The notes: generated by a model from the letters alone, not told the origin. 64,000 bases of DNA from Amoebidium appalachense (GCA_963693365.1 CAVNZM010000002.1:186001-250000); one strand, 5' to 3'. Counted from the first letter of the stretch, positions 22,765 to 44,126 are shown. Numbers and translations: made by a program.

Positions 22765-22959
22765 GGGGTTTACGCTGTTTACTCGAGGCAAAGAGAACCA
22801 GTCTCAGGTATGGGGGGGGGGGGTTTGCTCGGAATATCCCCTCAGCGGTATATCATGATCACGTACATAGATGTCGGGTGGTGACTATATATCAGGGTTT
22901 ACTTTCTCTGCGAGACACCATAAAGACTACAAGGAGAAATCAATTAGTTGGGGTTCCCC

Positions 22960-23035
<76 letters not shown>

Positions 23036-23067
23036 GGGCTCCCCTCGGGACACTCGGTATCAGCTGG

Positions 23068-23138
<71 letters not shown>

Positions 23139-24637
23139 TGCGCTATAATTTTGTAGTGATGTGTTTCTCAAGCCAATCAATACATCTAATAAACAGGTCG
23201 TAGTTACGCGTGTTTAGTATAAAATCAAGGATGTTGTAATTTACAGGTAGGCTATCTTTCTGGGTGTCTGTTGTGAATGTGACGTGTGTGTGTTGCGGTA
23301 TTATGTGGTCTATCAAACTACATTTGGCGATACATGACCGGTTAAACTGGTGTGTGTGTGTGTTGTTTGGGCATGCAAATGATGCCACCTTATACTTATT
23401 AGATCTCCACTGTATAGCACGTGTACAGTAAAAGCGTGGTAATTGATCAATAATACCATCAGCTAGAGAAAGACCAGTTCTACAGGAAGGTAATATGTAT
23501 TTAGGTGTTATACACTTGCGAGTGCCATATTTGGCAATATGGTTGAGGCGGTCAGTATATATAAAACGAGACATAAGGCTTAGTTTTTCAAGGTGTATGC
23601 TTTCATCGGGTCTAGTGTCGTGTGGTATCTTTTTCCATTTGTTATATTGCGTGATTATCTTGTGATTGTGTACATGTTTAATAAGTAAGTGGCAGTCCAA
23701 AGTCACACACACACTATTGCGGGGTTTATTTGTATTTGTGCCCAGGGGAGAAGGGGAGAGAGAGGGGAGGAAAGAGGGGAGAGGTGAGGAGGGGACAGGT
23801 CGGATAGAGAAGAGAGGGTGGGAGGGCAAATACTTCTTTAAGCGGCTTATGTGCTTATTGAATTTCAGCGCGAGATAGGATACTCTAGCAGCTATTGGGA
23901 CCAGACCATATATCGAGAGCGTTACAGGCCCAGGTTTACAACAGTTGTTAGATAGAAAGGAGGCAACTTCTGCTTCAAGGAAATTTGCCAAGGGTTTAAG
24001 CGCTCTAGTTCTCTCTTTCTTGATCCAAGCGGCGAGAAGGGGTAAACCATATTCACATGCCGGGAAGACAAAAGTGCGAATAAATGTAAGTCTAATAGAA
24101 GGATGGAGGGGTGTGTCTTTAAAAATATTAGCCGAGAAGAAAGCTAACCGCTTACGAGCCAACTCTACCCTCTTTTCGACCATATGGGGAAACATAACAC
24201 CAACAGAATCAACCGGAACACCAAGATATTTGTATTCTGGAACTATAGGTACAGGTTTAGATGATAATGTAAATGTGTGTAAATTGTTAGCTATATCAGG
24301 TACAAGAACACCACATTTGTCTATGTTAAGGATCATAAGGTTTGCCTTGCACCACTCTGACACTACATCGAACAATCTTTGCAGGCGTCTAGGGGTACGG
24401 GCAAGGAGGGACAGATCATCAGCATAGAGAAGTGCAGGCGGAAAGTTATTAATAGGGTCATCGTTTTCGGCGTAAATCTTGACAGCCAAATCATCTATAA
24501 ATAGGTTAAACAAAAAGGGGCTAAGCAATGAACCCTGCAAGAGACCTCTAGTACGAGCAAAACCATATGAAAGATGCCCATTAACCACAGCTCTACCATA
24601 GGTTTGAGACAAGAGTGCTTCTAACAGAACACCAATG
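22765..24637 (-). mobile_element. 5'-truncated non-LTR retrotransposon (LINE-like)
   Basis: RT reading frame open from ~24637 to the stop at 23143, followed by a ~380-nt 3' UTR ending GTAAACAGCGTAAACCCC at 22765. CTAC flanks both ends (22761-64 and 24638-41), and the flanks rejoin into one continuous sequence. AT-richer than host exons and intronless. Confidence 0.9.
23143..24637 (-). CDS. Non-LTR reverse transcriptase, C-terminal part (RT motifs 4-7, thumb, Cys/His tail)
   Basis: Motifs GLLQGSLLSPFLFNLFIDDL, LLYADDL, KC, YKYLGV and EYG, then C-terminal WRSN..CP..FNRSCIAKC..NILDFILN. About 490 codons without a stop. The N-terminus is missing. Confidence 0.92.
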
Positions 24638-24659
24638 CTACGATGGCGCTCATTGTTGC

Positions 24660-24985
24660 GGGTTTACACACTTTTTATTGCGTGGACATTGCCGGAGGCC
24701 CAGCCACCGTTCGGCCTACTGCGTTTTCCAGCGCAGCCAATCAAATGCAGCCAGTGACATATGTACATGCGCGCTAGGCAACAATGAGCGCCATCGTAGT
24801 ATATGACACCCCTATTACATATTATGGGTAAGCAGATCTAGAGGCTAGCATCGGTAGCATTGTTGCTTAGCATGTACATATGTCACTGGCTGCATTTGAT
24901 TGGCTGCGCTGGAAAACGCAGTATGCCGTCATAGGCCGTCGAATGTGGCTGGCAGTGTCCACGCAATAAAAAGTGTGTAAACCCC
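24660..24985. mobile_element. Long palindromic (foldback/MITE-like) element
   Basis: Arms ~24660-24787 and ~24858-24985 are inverted copies: GGGTTTACACACTTTTTATTGCGTGGACA / TGTCCACGCAATAAAAAGTGTGTAAACCCC, plus a ~50-nt perfect inverted block containing AGCCAATCAAA. Spacer about 70 nt. Confidence 0.8.
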
Positions 24986-25152
24986 ACCCAGATCAGTGAA
25001 TGTCGGCGACAAGCTTCGCGGCGCGGCGCCAGTGTGATCACCGTTGGCAACTGAAACATGAAAAATCGTCGATTGTAACATGCAAAAGAAAAAGGGCTTG
25101 GTGAGACAGCTCGAATAATTTTCTAAATCATTTTTTTTTTATAAAACATGAT

Positions 25153-25204
<52 letters not shown>

Positions 25205-25723
25205 TTTGGTTCGTTTGTTTGAGACATAACCCCATAACCCCTAATATTTTGTCGGCAACAAAGTTTTTTTTTGGATTTATACCCTACTTGAGCATGTACG
25301 GATCGCCGCGATCCCACCGGGGCTTCAATCCAGGTGGTGCTGTTTTAGCCAATCTAAACCAGCGCTCATTTTTGCACGCCTGTTCTTATTGGTTGTGAAG
25401 ATTTTTCGAGCCGATCCACGAATCAGTGCAAGCCCGATTAGATGGAGGTAAGGCTCACTCAAATCTTCCGTTTCCCCCGTTAGTGTGTGCAAAAAAAGTC
25501 TATGTGACAAGGTGTATTTGGCACTTCAAAAAGTTTAGACGAGTTTGTGGGCGAAGACGTTCGCACGTAGCTCATTTGTGATAGGAGTTCATTTTAGCTG
25601 TAAATTTTAGCTGTAAAATTGCTAGCTAGTTAGCATTCGTAGGGTGTGTTCTGCAGAGTCGAGTTGGCCAGCTCCGTTGGATTTCAACTGATACACTTCA
25701 CAGGGAGGTCCGCCACCGGCACC

Positions 25724-33895
<8,172 letters not shown>

Positions 33896-34293
33896 CAGCA
33901 CAAATTTCAAGGAATTAAGGGGATGTGGAGCATTGCACGTGCTGTATAATCACGTGACAAGACAAACACGTGGCACACTGCATGCACACACACATGCACG
34001 TGTCGCTCTGTTTTGGCCTTAGCACGTGAGAGCACTGTGCATCTTCATAGTCGACGCATGAACGCACTTACACTAACACACATACGTTGTGCACGTGCAT
34101 GCAGCACTGGTGTTGCATGCGCACACAACACTGTATTGCATGTAGAACAAACACATGATCATGCTGGGAACACGATACTTTTTGTACATTGCTCGTATTC
34201 TGGCTAGTTTATTCGTTTACCAACAGCTGTGTGAAATTCGAAATGATGAATTAAATGCCTTGCCCTGATGCAGCTCAATTTTATCAACGCGCA

Positions 34294-34330
<37 letters not shown>

Positions 34331-34332
34331 AC

Positions 34333-34365
<33 letters not shown>

Positions 34366-34551
34366 ACCTACCCACCCACCCAGTGGCCACCCACCCATCT
34401 ACCTTCCTCAAACCGCTTCTCTCGACACACACGCACACGTGTGCATGCACACGAACACACACACGCATGCTTGATATCAGGTGTTCAGAGCCCCTCCACT
34501 CATGCACCAAAGACGAAAGTGTGGGGAGAAGCACAACAGATACTCCACATT

Positions 34552-34844
34552 AGTCCGTACGACGAACCCTCTCTTACATTCTCTCGCATCTGATTGGACA
34601 AAACACGATCCGATGACGTAAAATCAGGGGGGAACGGTTCGATCCCCGAGCGACATACAAGGGGCCCTACAGCTGCGGGGTATTGGTGGGGCCGCCGCCC
34701 CCCATATCGGGCCCTGACACACATAGGGTTATGGTTATTGGGTGTACGTTTTTACTTCGGTGATAAATTCCAAATAATGTTTTTTTAGCGGTTTATGTGA
34801 GCGATCTCCCTATACCTAAGGGCCTCCGTCATATACGGACTTAC
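34552..34844. mobile_element. MITE-like element between PAK and PDIA6
   Basis: Inverted ends AGTCCGTA--CGACG / CGTCATATACGGACT. Direct repeat CTCCACATT at 34543-51 and 34845-53 (alternatively a TTA TSD at 34550-52 and 34841-43). Interior contains TGATTGG and TGACGT. Confidence 0.6.
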
Positions 34845-35509
34845 CTCCACATTCTAATTTTTTTTCTTCTTGATATTATATTTACAACCCAGAAGAATGC
34901 CGCCCCGGACAATGCGCCCACGCTGGGTCAACCTCTTTGGCATATCTGGGAATTTACGCTTTGGGGGGATTGGCAATTGGTGGGTGAGGGTGGAGGGTGG
35001 AGTCCTTCTTATAAGTATGTTGACATCATTCTCCCCCCCCCCTTCCCCCTAGTGCACGTGAACCACCACCATCGCAGATACACGTGCACAGACGCGCACA
35101 CATTTTCAAGCAAAGTAGACATAGGTTTCCTAGGATATAGCCCGAGGCCTCGGCAGTAGGCGGGTAGGGTAATAGATTGAGCCTACAATAATACAGCTAG
35201 AGCACAGTGCAGGCTATGCCTTTCAGCGGTAGTATTAGACCGGGAATGACTGATTATGGGGTCGCCGTGGCAATAGGCGCATCCATAACTACGCCCGACA
35301 TGTAAAGGAAAGGGTTGAAGTCTATGTATAGTGTTCAATTGCAAGTTGGCACAGTGCACATCCGTATGCAATAGCGAACCACAATAACCATGAATTCTAT
35401 ACGCCAAATAGAAACAATCATTTCGGCGAGAGGTCGTTTGCCAAATTTGGTAAGCTGGTCATAGCTTCTCAAAAAAATTTGCTTACTAGGTCATCATTTG
35501 CTATGCCCC

Positions 35510-35565
<56 letters not shown>

Positions 35566-36488
35566 ACACACTCCAGAGTCTCTCTCTCTCTTTATCTCTC
35601 TAGAGCTCTCTCCCTGAACTCCCACCATCCCCACGGTGACCACCTGCGTGGCACCGCTCTTGGACCATACTTGAGCTGGGCTAAGCTTCGATGAAACAGT
35701 TCCAAAGTCATGTTGCATGTACAGTAGGTGAATGGCTGTATTCGTACATGTATACAGAATCTCAGCTCAAAATCTTCGCTCGTGTATATTACTACAAGCA
35801 AAGGAATCCCTTAGGCCATTCCATGGTGCAGGCACCCACCCCCCTCCCCCTCTCCTCCCCCCTGTGGCATGCAGGTCTGTAGCAGCACAGAGCAGCAGAC
35901 GTGTGATCGCAATAGGACCTACGGTGGCAGTCGTTCTGGGGGACCCGGTGCTGTTGCCGTTAACTAAATAGCCTGCCCGTGCATTCCCCCCCCCCCCGCC
36001 CCCCCCTTCCGGATCATCATGGGGTATGTGGGGCCGGCTACCCGGCCCACCATGCACGTGCACCCGCTGAGCGTAGCAGCAGCCTGCCATGCACACAGGG
36101 ACATGCCTGCGTATATCAGATCCAGGTGCGGTGTGTCCACCAGCAGCATCATGCACGCACCAAAGACACAGGGGCAATCTTTGTCCCCAACAGCAGCCCC
36201 CCCACAGTCTGTGGAGGGATTCTTTCGAATGGCACACACTTATGCGTATGATGCCATGTTTTGCTAGCACGTTGTACAGTGTATATTCTCAAGATTTATG
36301 GCAGCGCGCATTTGTTTGTACAACTGCTACGGTGTGCATAGCTCCTTTTATTCATTTTCCGGCCACGTTGTGTGTATCCACAGACACAAACTCATGCACA
36401 ATCACCTGCATACTTCACATCGCCACCATAACACGTGCACAGAGCACTACACTACTATTTACTGAATCATACAACCCACCCCCCCTGT

Positions 36489-38750
36489 CTACAATTCATC
36501 CCTGGGTGCCTCCTCCTCTACCGGCAACACCCCATCCTTCCCATCCCACCTGTCGGCCTTTTCAATCTTAGGCACGGTACGCAGGAGCCCTAGTGGCTCC
36601 TTGCCACTCAGCAAACCAGTCAGGAACAAACTAATGTGCTCGGAGTCAAAGGCCTGCCGCATGTTAGCAACCTTCTCCTTGCTCACACTCACAGCTGCTA
36701 GGGCCGGGAAACCAGCCCCTCCAAGATCCAACTTCTGCTCCACATCGGGCTGCTTGCCGGCCTCAGTCCACAGCCAGCGGAAGGGCCGCATCTTATGCTT
36801 GTCGGCCAGTTTCTGCAGCATCTTAATGGTGGTCTTCCTCTCCTTGGCACTGCTATCGAGGATGTGAGGCAGCACCGTCACAATGCAGATGGCCCCCTTG
36901 GCACCACACTGCTCCTCCCACACCGCTGCATCCAACAACTCTGTGACCTCTGGTGGGGGTGTGTTCTTGCTGGCCAACTCCTTGCCGTAGGAGACAATGT
37001 CGCTGGTCTCTCTCCCACCCTGGTAGTCCTCTGGCGCATTCTTGTTGGCCCCAAACACCTTAATGGTGGGGTAGCCCCTGACGCCATATTTGGCCGCCAG
37101 TTGCTGGTGCACGGTGGCATCAACTGCGCCCAACCGTACGCTGCCCTTAAGCTCGGTGGCTGCTGCGGCCCAGTGGGGTTCAAGGTTCTTGCAATGGCCA
37201 CACCTTAAGGGGGGAGGGGGTTAGATATTGCCCATGGGTGTAGGTTGTGTGTGTAGAAAAATTTCGCTCTCGACAGTCCAGACCCTCCTCCCCCCCCCCC
37301 CCCCCCCCCCCCCCCCCACACACACACACCCACTCACACAGCAACCCTTGCTTTTTTTCCTCATCAGGCCCAGTGCTGCAAACACACACATGTTCACCAA
37401 ACCGACCCAAAGCCGCATAGAAGAGGCTGCCAGTCCACCAAGACCCGGCAGCACACACACATTTCTAACACAGGTCAGACCCCTCCTCCTCCCCCCCTCT
37501 CCCTCTCTCCCCCCTTCTCCCCGGGCCTCTGTCCCATGCACACAGGCTACAGTTCCATGCTCTGACATGCTCTATGCATCTACATGCCATGTGGTGTGGC
37601 ACGATGAAGGAGAAGGGTGGATGGCGCCAGTGGTGGTGGTGGGGAAGGGGAGGAAAAGGGGGGGGGGGGGGCATTGACATACCAGGGAGCAAAGAACTCG
37701 ACCATCCAGATGTCGCCACTCTTCATCACCAACTCATCGAAGTTATCTCCTGTCAGCTCCACCACATCCCCCTTGCCCCCCTTCTTGTCCCCACTGCCAC
37801 CACTGCTGCCACCACTCGAACTCTTCCCACCCATACGGGCCATTACCACATTTCGTGCCTCCCTGAGGGATGCTTCAACCATGCCTTTGGCTGTGCGCTC
37901 GCTGTTATAGTCGATGGGCTTTTTCTTGTCTGCTCCAAAAATCTGAAGAGGGCATATGGTATGAGCGGGTAATGGAGTGAGAGAAAACATGTGTTTATGT
38001 GGTGGTTAAGTTGAAGGGGTGGATGGTATATGGGATGTGATTGAATACATGTCACACGGGTTATCTATGAGATCACACGAGCACCATTGGGGGTTATGGT
38101 GTTCCAGCAGTCGGATACATGTGCGGGGTGAAGCGAGAGGTATGTGAATGGATGAGCAGAGGGTTTCTCGTGTGTGTGTGCGCCGGGGGTGGGGGGGGGG
38201 TGGGGGGAGGGGAGGGGGGGAGGGGGGAGGGGGGAAGGGGGGGGCGGGCATGCATGTGTATGCAGGCATCTTGTTGTGTGTATGTGTGCGTGTTGTTGCA
38301 AGTGTGTGTTCATGCGTGTTTGTGCGAAGAGGGGAAGAGGGGGGAGGGGGGGGGGGGGGGGGGGGGGGGTGGCTGTTGGAGGGGGAGGGGGGAAAGAGAG
38401 GAAGGGGGCTGCAACTTGCTAAACACCGAGTTTATCAACCAACAGCATCGTCTAGGGTCTAGGGACACGTGTGTGTGTGTGTAGAGGTACCTAAGGGGGA
38501 GAAGAGAAGACTTGTGTCTGCACGCACTAGAGCGCAAGGTGTGAGGGGGGTTCGTGCATCCTCCCTCAGCCATTAACCAACCGAATACCCAGCATTGCCG
38601 ACGTGTGGTCTCATGAGGTAAAAGTGGTTGGAAGGGGGAGGGGGAAGGGGGTAGGGGGGAGGGGGGAAATGGGCCGTGTGTGGGATCCAAGTAACAAAAA
38701 TGTAATACAAAACGAGGGCAAGTATGGGCCTGAGGCTTTAGGGGAAGCGG

Positions 38751-38791
<41 letters not shown>

Positions 38792-39606
38792 TGTGTGTGT
38801 GTGTGTTTTTTTAGGTGTGTAAGAGAGAGTGGTTGACTGTTGTTTTTGGGAGTTGGGTTTTTGGAAGATCTGGGGAAAGTGAGGGGGGGGGGGGGGGGGG
38901 GGGGGGAGTGGGTAGGGAGGTATACTTTGATTGTGGGGAAACCCTGAATGCCGTATGGTGCACCGAGACTCTGGTGCTTGTCCATGTCCACGGCACCAAC
39001 ATTGACCACCCCCTTCAGGGCCTTGGCTACTTTGGTGTATTCGGGTACAAGGTTGCGGCAGTGCCCACACCTGTATAGAGGATGGGGTTAGAATCTAGTA
39101 GACACATAGTAATAGCTCAAATAAAATAGACCAGGGCAGATGAAAAAGGGGCAGGGGGAGGGGGAGGGGGGGGGAGGGGAGGAAGAGGGGGAGAAGAGAG
39201 AGACGGAGGGGAGGGTTAGGAACGTGGTACACAGCAAGAGGTGGCATAGATACTGGACAAAATGAGCAGCCACACAGAGCATTAACTCGGGTGGTGGAGG
39301 CCACCAATGAATGAGGAAGGGGAAGGAGGGAGGGGGAGGAAGAGGTGGAAAAGGAGTTGAAGCAAAGCAAAGAAGAAATGCAAAAGAGAGAAGGGAGGGA
39401 GGGGGTTGGGATGGGGGGGGGGGGGGGGGGGGAGAAGGGGGTGGGGGGGGGGGGGGGGGGGGTTACAGAAAGACTACAATAAATCACAACGAGAGAAGGC
39501 GGCTGGAAAAGGGGGACAGAGAAAACAAAAAAACAAAACACTCTTTAACTCTTGTTTTGCTGACAGAATGAACGTCGGTGGGCGGGCGGGCATGAGGGAG
39601 GTGTGT

Positions 39607-39637
<31 letters not shown>

Positions 39638-40120
39638 GGAAGGGGGGGGGGGAGGGTTGTTTTGTGAGAATAGGGTACCATGGTGCGTAGAACTCCACCA
39701 ACCACACGCCATCCCCCTTGAGGACCTTCTTGTCGAAGTTCTCAGGTGTCAGGTCCACCACCCCACTGCCCCTATCATACAGGGCATGCACCCCACTGGC
39801 TAGCAACAGCCCAACAACTGGGGGGAAAGGAGGGTTGGTGAAAGAAGACAGAGAGGGTGGGGAGAGGGGCGGAGGGGAGGAAGGGGGGAGGGGGGGGGGG
39901 AGGGGGGGGTGATGGGTGAGAGGGTGCTGGGGAGGGGGCTGAACTGAGGGTTGCCGAATTGAAGAAGCAGGGTGCAGCAGAGAAACCAGCAGCAACAGCG
40001 ATGGGAGTGAGTTCAGAGAAGTTGGGGAGAGGTGAGCGGAGAAAAGGGGGGGGGGGGGGGGGGGCGGGGGGCAGGGGGGGGAAGGGGGGGGGGGGGGGGG
40101 GGGGAAGGGGGAGGGTGTGT

Positions 40121-40151
<31 letters not shown>

Positions 40152-40695
40152 GGAGGAGGAGGCAGTGGTGGCGGTACGGTAGCAATATATTGGTGGCGAT
40201 GGTGGTGGTTGTAATGGGGATGGGGGTGGAGGGGGGAAGGTACGTGGGAGGGTGGGTGGGGAGGGGGAAAGCATCAACGTGTTTGTTATTTGAAAATAAG
40301 TGACGGCATAAACAACTGTTTACCCATCAGAGCTTTTACAACGTGCTGCAGGGCTTCATGCAAAGGCCGAGCAATGCTGGTAGAGTCCAGACGTGTACCC
40401 TAGCCAGCTAGAGAGGGTGTTATGTGTGCAAGCGAATGTGTTTGAGCACAGGCGATCAAGTTCATGCTTTTATAAGCGTCAGGAGAACAGGTGTTTGCCC
40501 GTACGTGCACACATGCGTGCATGCTAATGGATGTTCTCTTCTAAACGTGCCAAGCCTACTTGCCCTTCAGCATGTGCCTATGTTATCCTTCGTCAGCCCC
40601 TTCCACCAACTAGCATCCTTCCCTCCTTCCAACAGGCCCCGGCACTGCACGCGTATGATATGGTGGGTATACGTACGTGAGGCCAGCACAAACAT
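36489..40695 (-). CDS. PDIA6: Protein disulfide isomerase A6 (P5)
   Basis: Exons 40695-40677, 39817-39679, 39070-38926, 37942-37683, 37203-36489. Signal peptide [18 protein letters not shown], two APWCGHC thioredoxin domains separated by a Gly/Ser linker, a P5-type b domain and C-terminal RDEL. Confidence 0.95.
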
Positions 40696-41407
40696 GGTCG
40701 CTATGTAGTTGCTCTCCCCCCTTGCACGGCTACCCTTGTCACCCCGTTCTGCCCTGGCCCTAGCTAACGTTTTCTTGCGAAACTGCGCGACTTGTGGGCG
40801 GTCATGTTGCTTTATAAGCTCCTGCTTGCCAACAATCGCGATAGATCATTTACGTACGTGACTGACAGCCAATAGTAGTGGCGAGATGACCTGAAAATTT
40901 GAAATGAAAAATATGGTTACCATGAACATTTTGGGAGGCACACTTTACTTACTGGCAATTATATTTTTATAAAGAACTGTGCCTTCTTACATAAGCAATT
41001 TAATAAAAATATTCGAATTATTTTTTACCTAACTATACCTAAACTGCTCTATATAAATTTTGATTGTACGTGTAGCTAAGTGTGATGACCTGTAAATAGT
41101 ACTAAATACTAAATTATAGCCAATCAAACAAAGTCATAAATACCCTGTTGTCGGGCACTCAATGCGAATGTTACGTTTATGCAATTATTGGTTGCACACT
41201 AGCCAACCATATGCTGCCACGTAGGGAAAAGCACATACCTATTTTATACGCATGCATGTTGCCCACAATCAGGGTTCGAAGGACGGTGGAGCCCATTAAC
41301 GGAAGTCGAAATCCCGTTTCGGAAAACCTCTTCGAAAATCGGAATGCTCCATCCGAGCAGGCCCACCAAAAATCGTAAGCGTCGCGCATCAGTAAACTTG
41401 AGTACTT

Positions 41408-41650
41408 GTACTTGAGTTGGTTAACATTGTGAGAGTAATCCCAATTAGTAATGCAACAAGTGAACGTGGCCTCTCTGGTGTGAATATCATTAAGGCTTCT
41501 CTCAAAGCACGTATGACAACACAGACAGTGCACAATCAGCTCATGATAGCCATGAATGGGCCGGATATAGAGGCAGATGTGAAGCACGTGAAAGCTGAGC
41601 TTAAGTTTCAGAAAGAAATGGCTAAGAAGTTAGTAAAGAGGGCAAACTGA
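41408..41650 (+). pseudogene. hAT transposase C-terminal dimerisation-domain remnant
   Basis: VIPISNATSERGLSGVNIIKASLKARMT..LMIAMNGP matches the hAT C-terminal (S..ER.FS..IK...R.....GP) pattern. The catalytic core is absent. Confidence 0.8.
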
Positions 41651-42193
41651 AAGGGTTGATTGTAGAAGGGGCCAAGGAGCAGCTGGAAAAGGCCCAGGTG
41701 GCCGAGGCAGCAGCCCAAAAGAAGGCTCTGGCAGATTTCCTGGCTTTTGACTGGAACAGGGTGCACAATGTGTATATTGCCAACCCTTTCAAATAAATTG
41801 GATCTCTGACAACACACCAGCACCTAGTAACCGTCAAGCAGTGTCCCTTGTTTTTATTTCAAAATTCTGGGGGAGGGGAGGGGAGGGAGGGGGGTGGGGG
41901 GGGGGGGGGGAGTGAGTTGAGGCAGCAACATGGGAAGCTCAGGCAGAAATCGAATGTTTGGGGGGGGGAGAGGGGGGGGGGAGGGGGGGGGGGGGGGGAA
42001 ATCACGTTGGGTGGTTGTGTTTGTGTTTGTGTTTGTGTGAGTATTTTTCTTTGCAATTGTGTGTGTGTGTGTGTGGTGGGTATGTATGCACGGTGTGTGT
42101 GTCTGTGTGTATGTGTACAGGTGTGGGTGTGTGTATTTGTGTCAGCGGTAATCGGTATGTGTGTGTCTATGTTGTGTGCATGTGTGCACATGT

Positions 42194-42247
<54 letters not shown>

Positions 42248-42464
42248 ACACTGTGTTTGTGTGTGTTTGTGTGCATGACATTGTGTGCATGTGTGTGTGT
42301 GTTTTGCCAACAACGGTTATGTTGTGTGTGTATGCATGTACAGTGTGTGTATGTATGTGTGTGTGTGTGCAGTGTGGTGTGTATGTATGCAGGGTGTGTG
42401 TGTTGTGTATGATACGTGTGTGTACATGGCAGTGTGGGTGTGTGTGTTTGTACCAACGGTTTCT

Positions 42465-42495
<31 letters not shown>

Positions 42496-42545
42496 GCCAC
42501 GGGTGTGTGTGGGGGTGCCGTGTACATGGTGTGTGTGTGCAGAGT

Positions 42546-42586
<41 letters not shown>

Positions 42587-43994
42587 TGTGTGTGGGTGGG
42601 TGGTTGCATAACATGTGATTGTATAGGGTGGATGCATGTGCACGTTTGTAATACAGTTATCATGATCTGAGATAGTATGTGCCTGTGCTCTGCACGTGTA
42701 CTAGCCTAGGTCACATGTGTGGTGTCACGGCTGTGTAAGTATGTGCATGTGTCTTTGAGCGGAGCACAGTGGTGCACAGTGTGTGTATTGCCTGCCATTT
42801 AAGACGCGTGCCACTGATCGTGATACACGTGGCACCTGTACCTGGTGGCCGTCGACTCTGAGCATCTAGATCCATTCCATGTTTAGGCCTTCCTTGGGGG
42901 GAAGGGGGGGGGGGGGGGGGGGGTGCTAGTAGGGGGGGAGGGGGGGGAGCCGCCTGAGGGGGGGGGGGGGGAGGGGGGGGAGGGGGAGGCCGGAGCGGCG
43001 GTGGGGGAGAAGGAGGGGCAGCACTGGTGGAGGGAACGGTGGGCAGCGGAGGAGGGGGGAATGGGGTTCGATTTCTGGGGGGGGGGATTCGAAGTTTTAT
43101 AGTGGAGGCCGGCCTATATATACATGCGCAGCTATATGCATTGTATGTTCATGTGGCCATGCATGGCTATGATGCATATGTGGTGTCACGGCTGTGTGTG
43201 TGTAAATGTGTGTGTGTGTGTCTGTGTGTGTGTCTGTGTGTGTGTGCGCGTGGGTGTGTGCATAATGTGTTTGGTGTGACATGTACATGTGCTAGGCTGG
43301 CGCTCTAGTCAGGGTCTGCCATTGAACATTCTACAGGGACAGGGAGACACGTACGTACGTGTGCAGCTTGTGTGGGTGGTGTATGCCCCGTGTATGATGA
43401 GATCTGCGAAGTCATGAGAAGCTTCTCCCCGGGGGGGGGGGGGGGGGGGGAGGGGGGGGGGGGGAAGATCTACCCATGGATAACGGCAAGAACTTAGAAG
43501 TTGAGTTATACATATGTTTGTTAGTTTGTTGTTGTTCGTTTCCTTTTCCCTTTTCCTTTCTTCCTTTCTTCCTTTCTTTCTTTCCTTTCCGTTTCCGTGT
43601 GCACAGATATCTTTGATCTGTGTACACATCGAGCCATTTGGCCCGCGCACATGTAATGTTGTTTGCGTTCATGTCTAAATAAGTTATCCAATCAGATCTC
43701 GTTTAATTTTCCCAAATATAGAAACCTACATTCCTCCTTCATTCTATCAATTCCTTTCCCATTCCATTCCTTTCTATCCTCATTCCTTTTCCCAAAGTTT
43801 CCCACGACGTAGAATTGCTCTATGCTCCCCAGCTATTAGGAATACTTATATTTAGACGTGTTATGTTAAGAACATGTATAAATATGTGATGTGAACTAAT
43901 AGATACATAAGTGGTTTCATTTATTAAATGTTTCCGTACTTTCATTAGAAAATTGCGATTTATCTTCTATGTGTCGACAGGCATTTCGATCGAT

Positions 43995-44126
43995 TTATTT
44001 TACCCTTCATAGTTTTCGTCTTTCTGATTGGTTTAGCAAATTTATTTGCCCTCATAGTTTTCGTTCTTTTGATTGGATTAGCAAATTTATTTGCCCTCAT
44101 AGTTTTCGTTCTTTTGATTGGCTTAG
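43995..44126. repeat. 45-bp tandem repeat (3 copies) carrying TGATTGG, inside the hAT element
   Basis: Unit TTTATTTGCCCTCATAGTTTTCGTTCTTTTGATTGGATTAGCAAA, followed by TATAAAA (44151) and AATAAA (44173). Confidence 0.85.

Noticed and set aside
22890-22905. TAAACCCT as a telomerase-template or telomeric repeat
   Set aside because: Only isolated single units, and the RT is non-LTR type rather than TERT-like.
34870-36280. Small spliced gene between PAK and PDIA6
   Set aside because: Some exon-like segments exist, but I could not build a consistent frame or find a recognisable domain.
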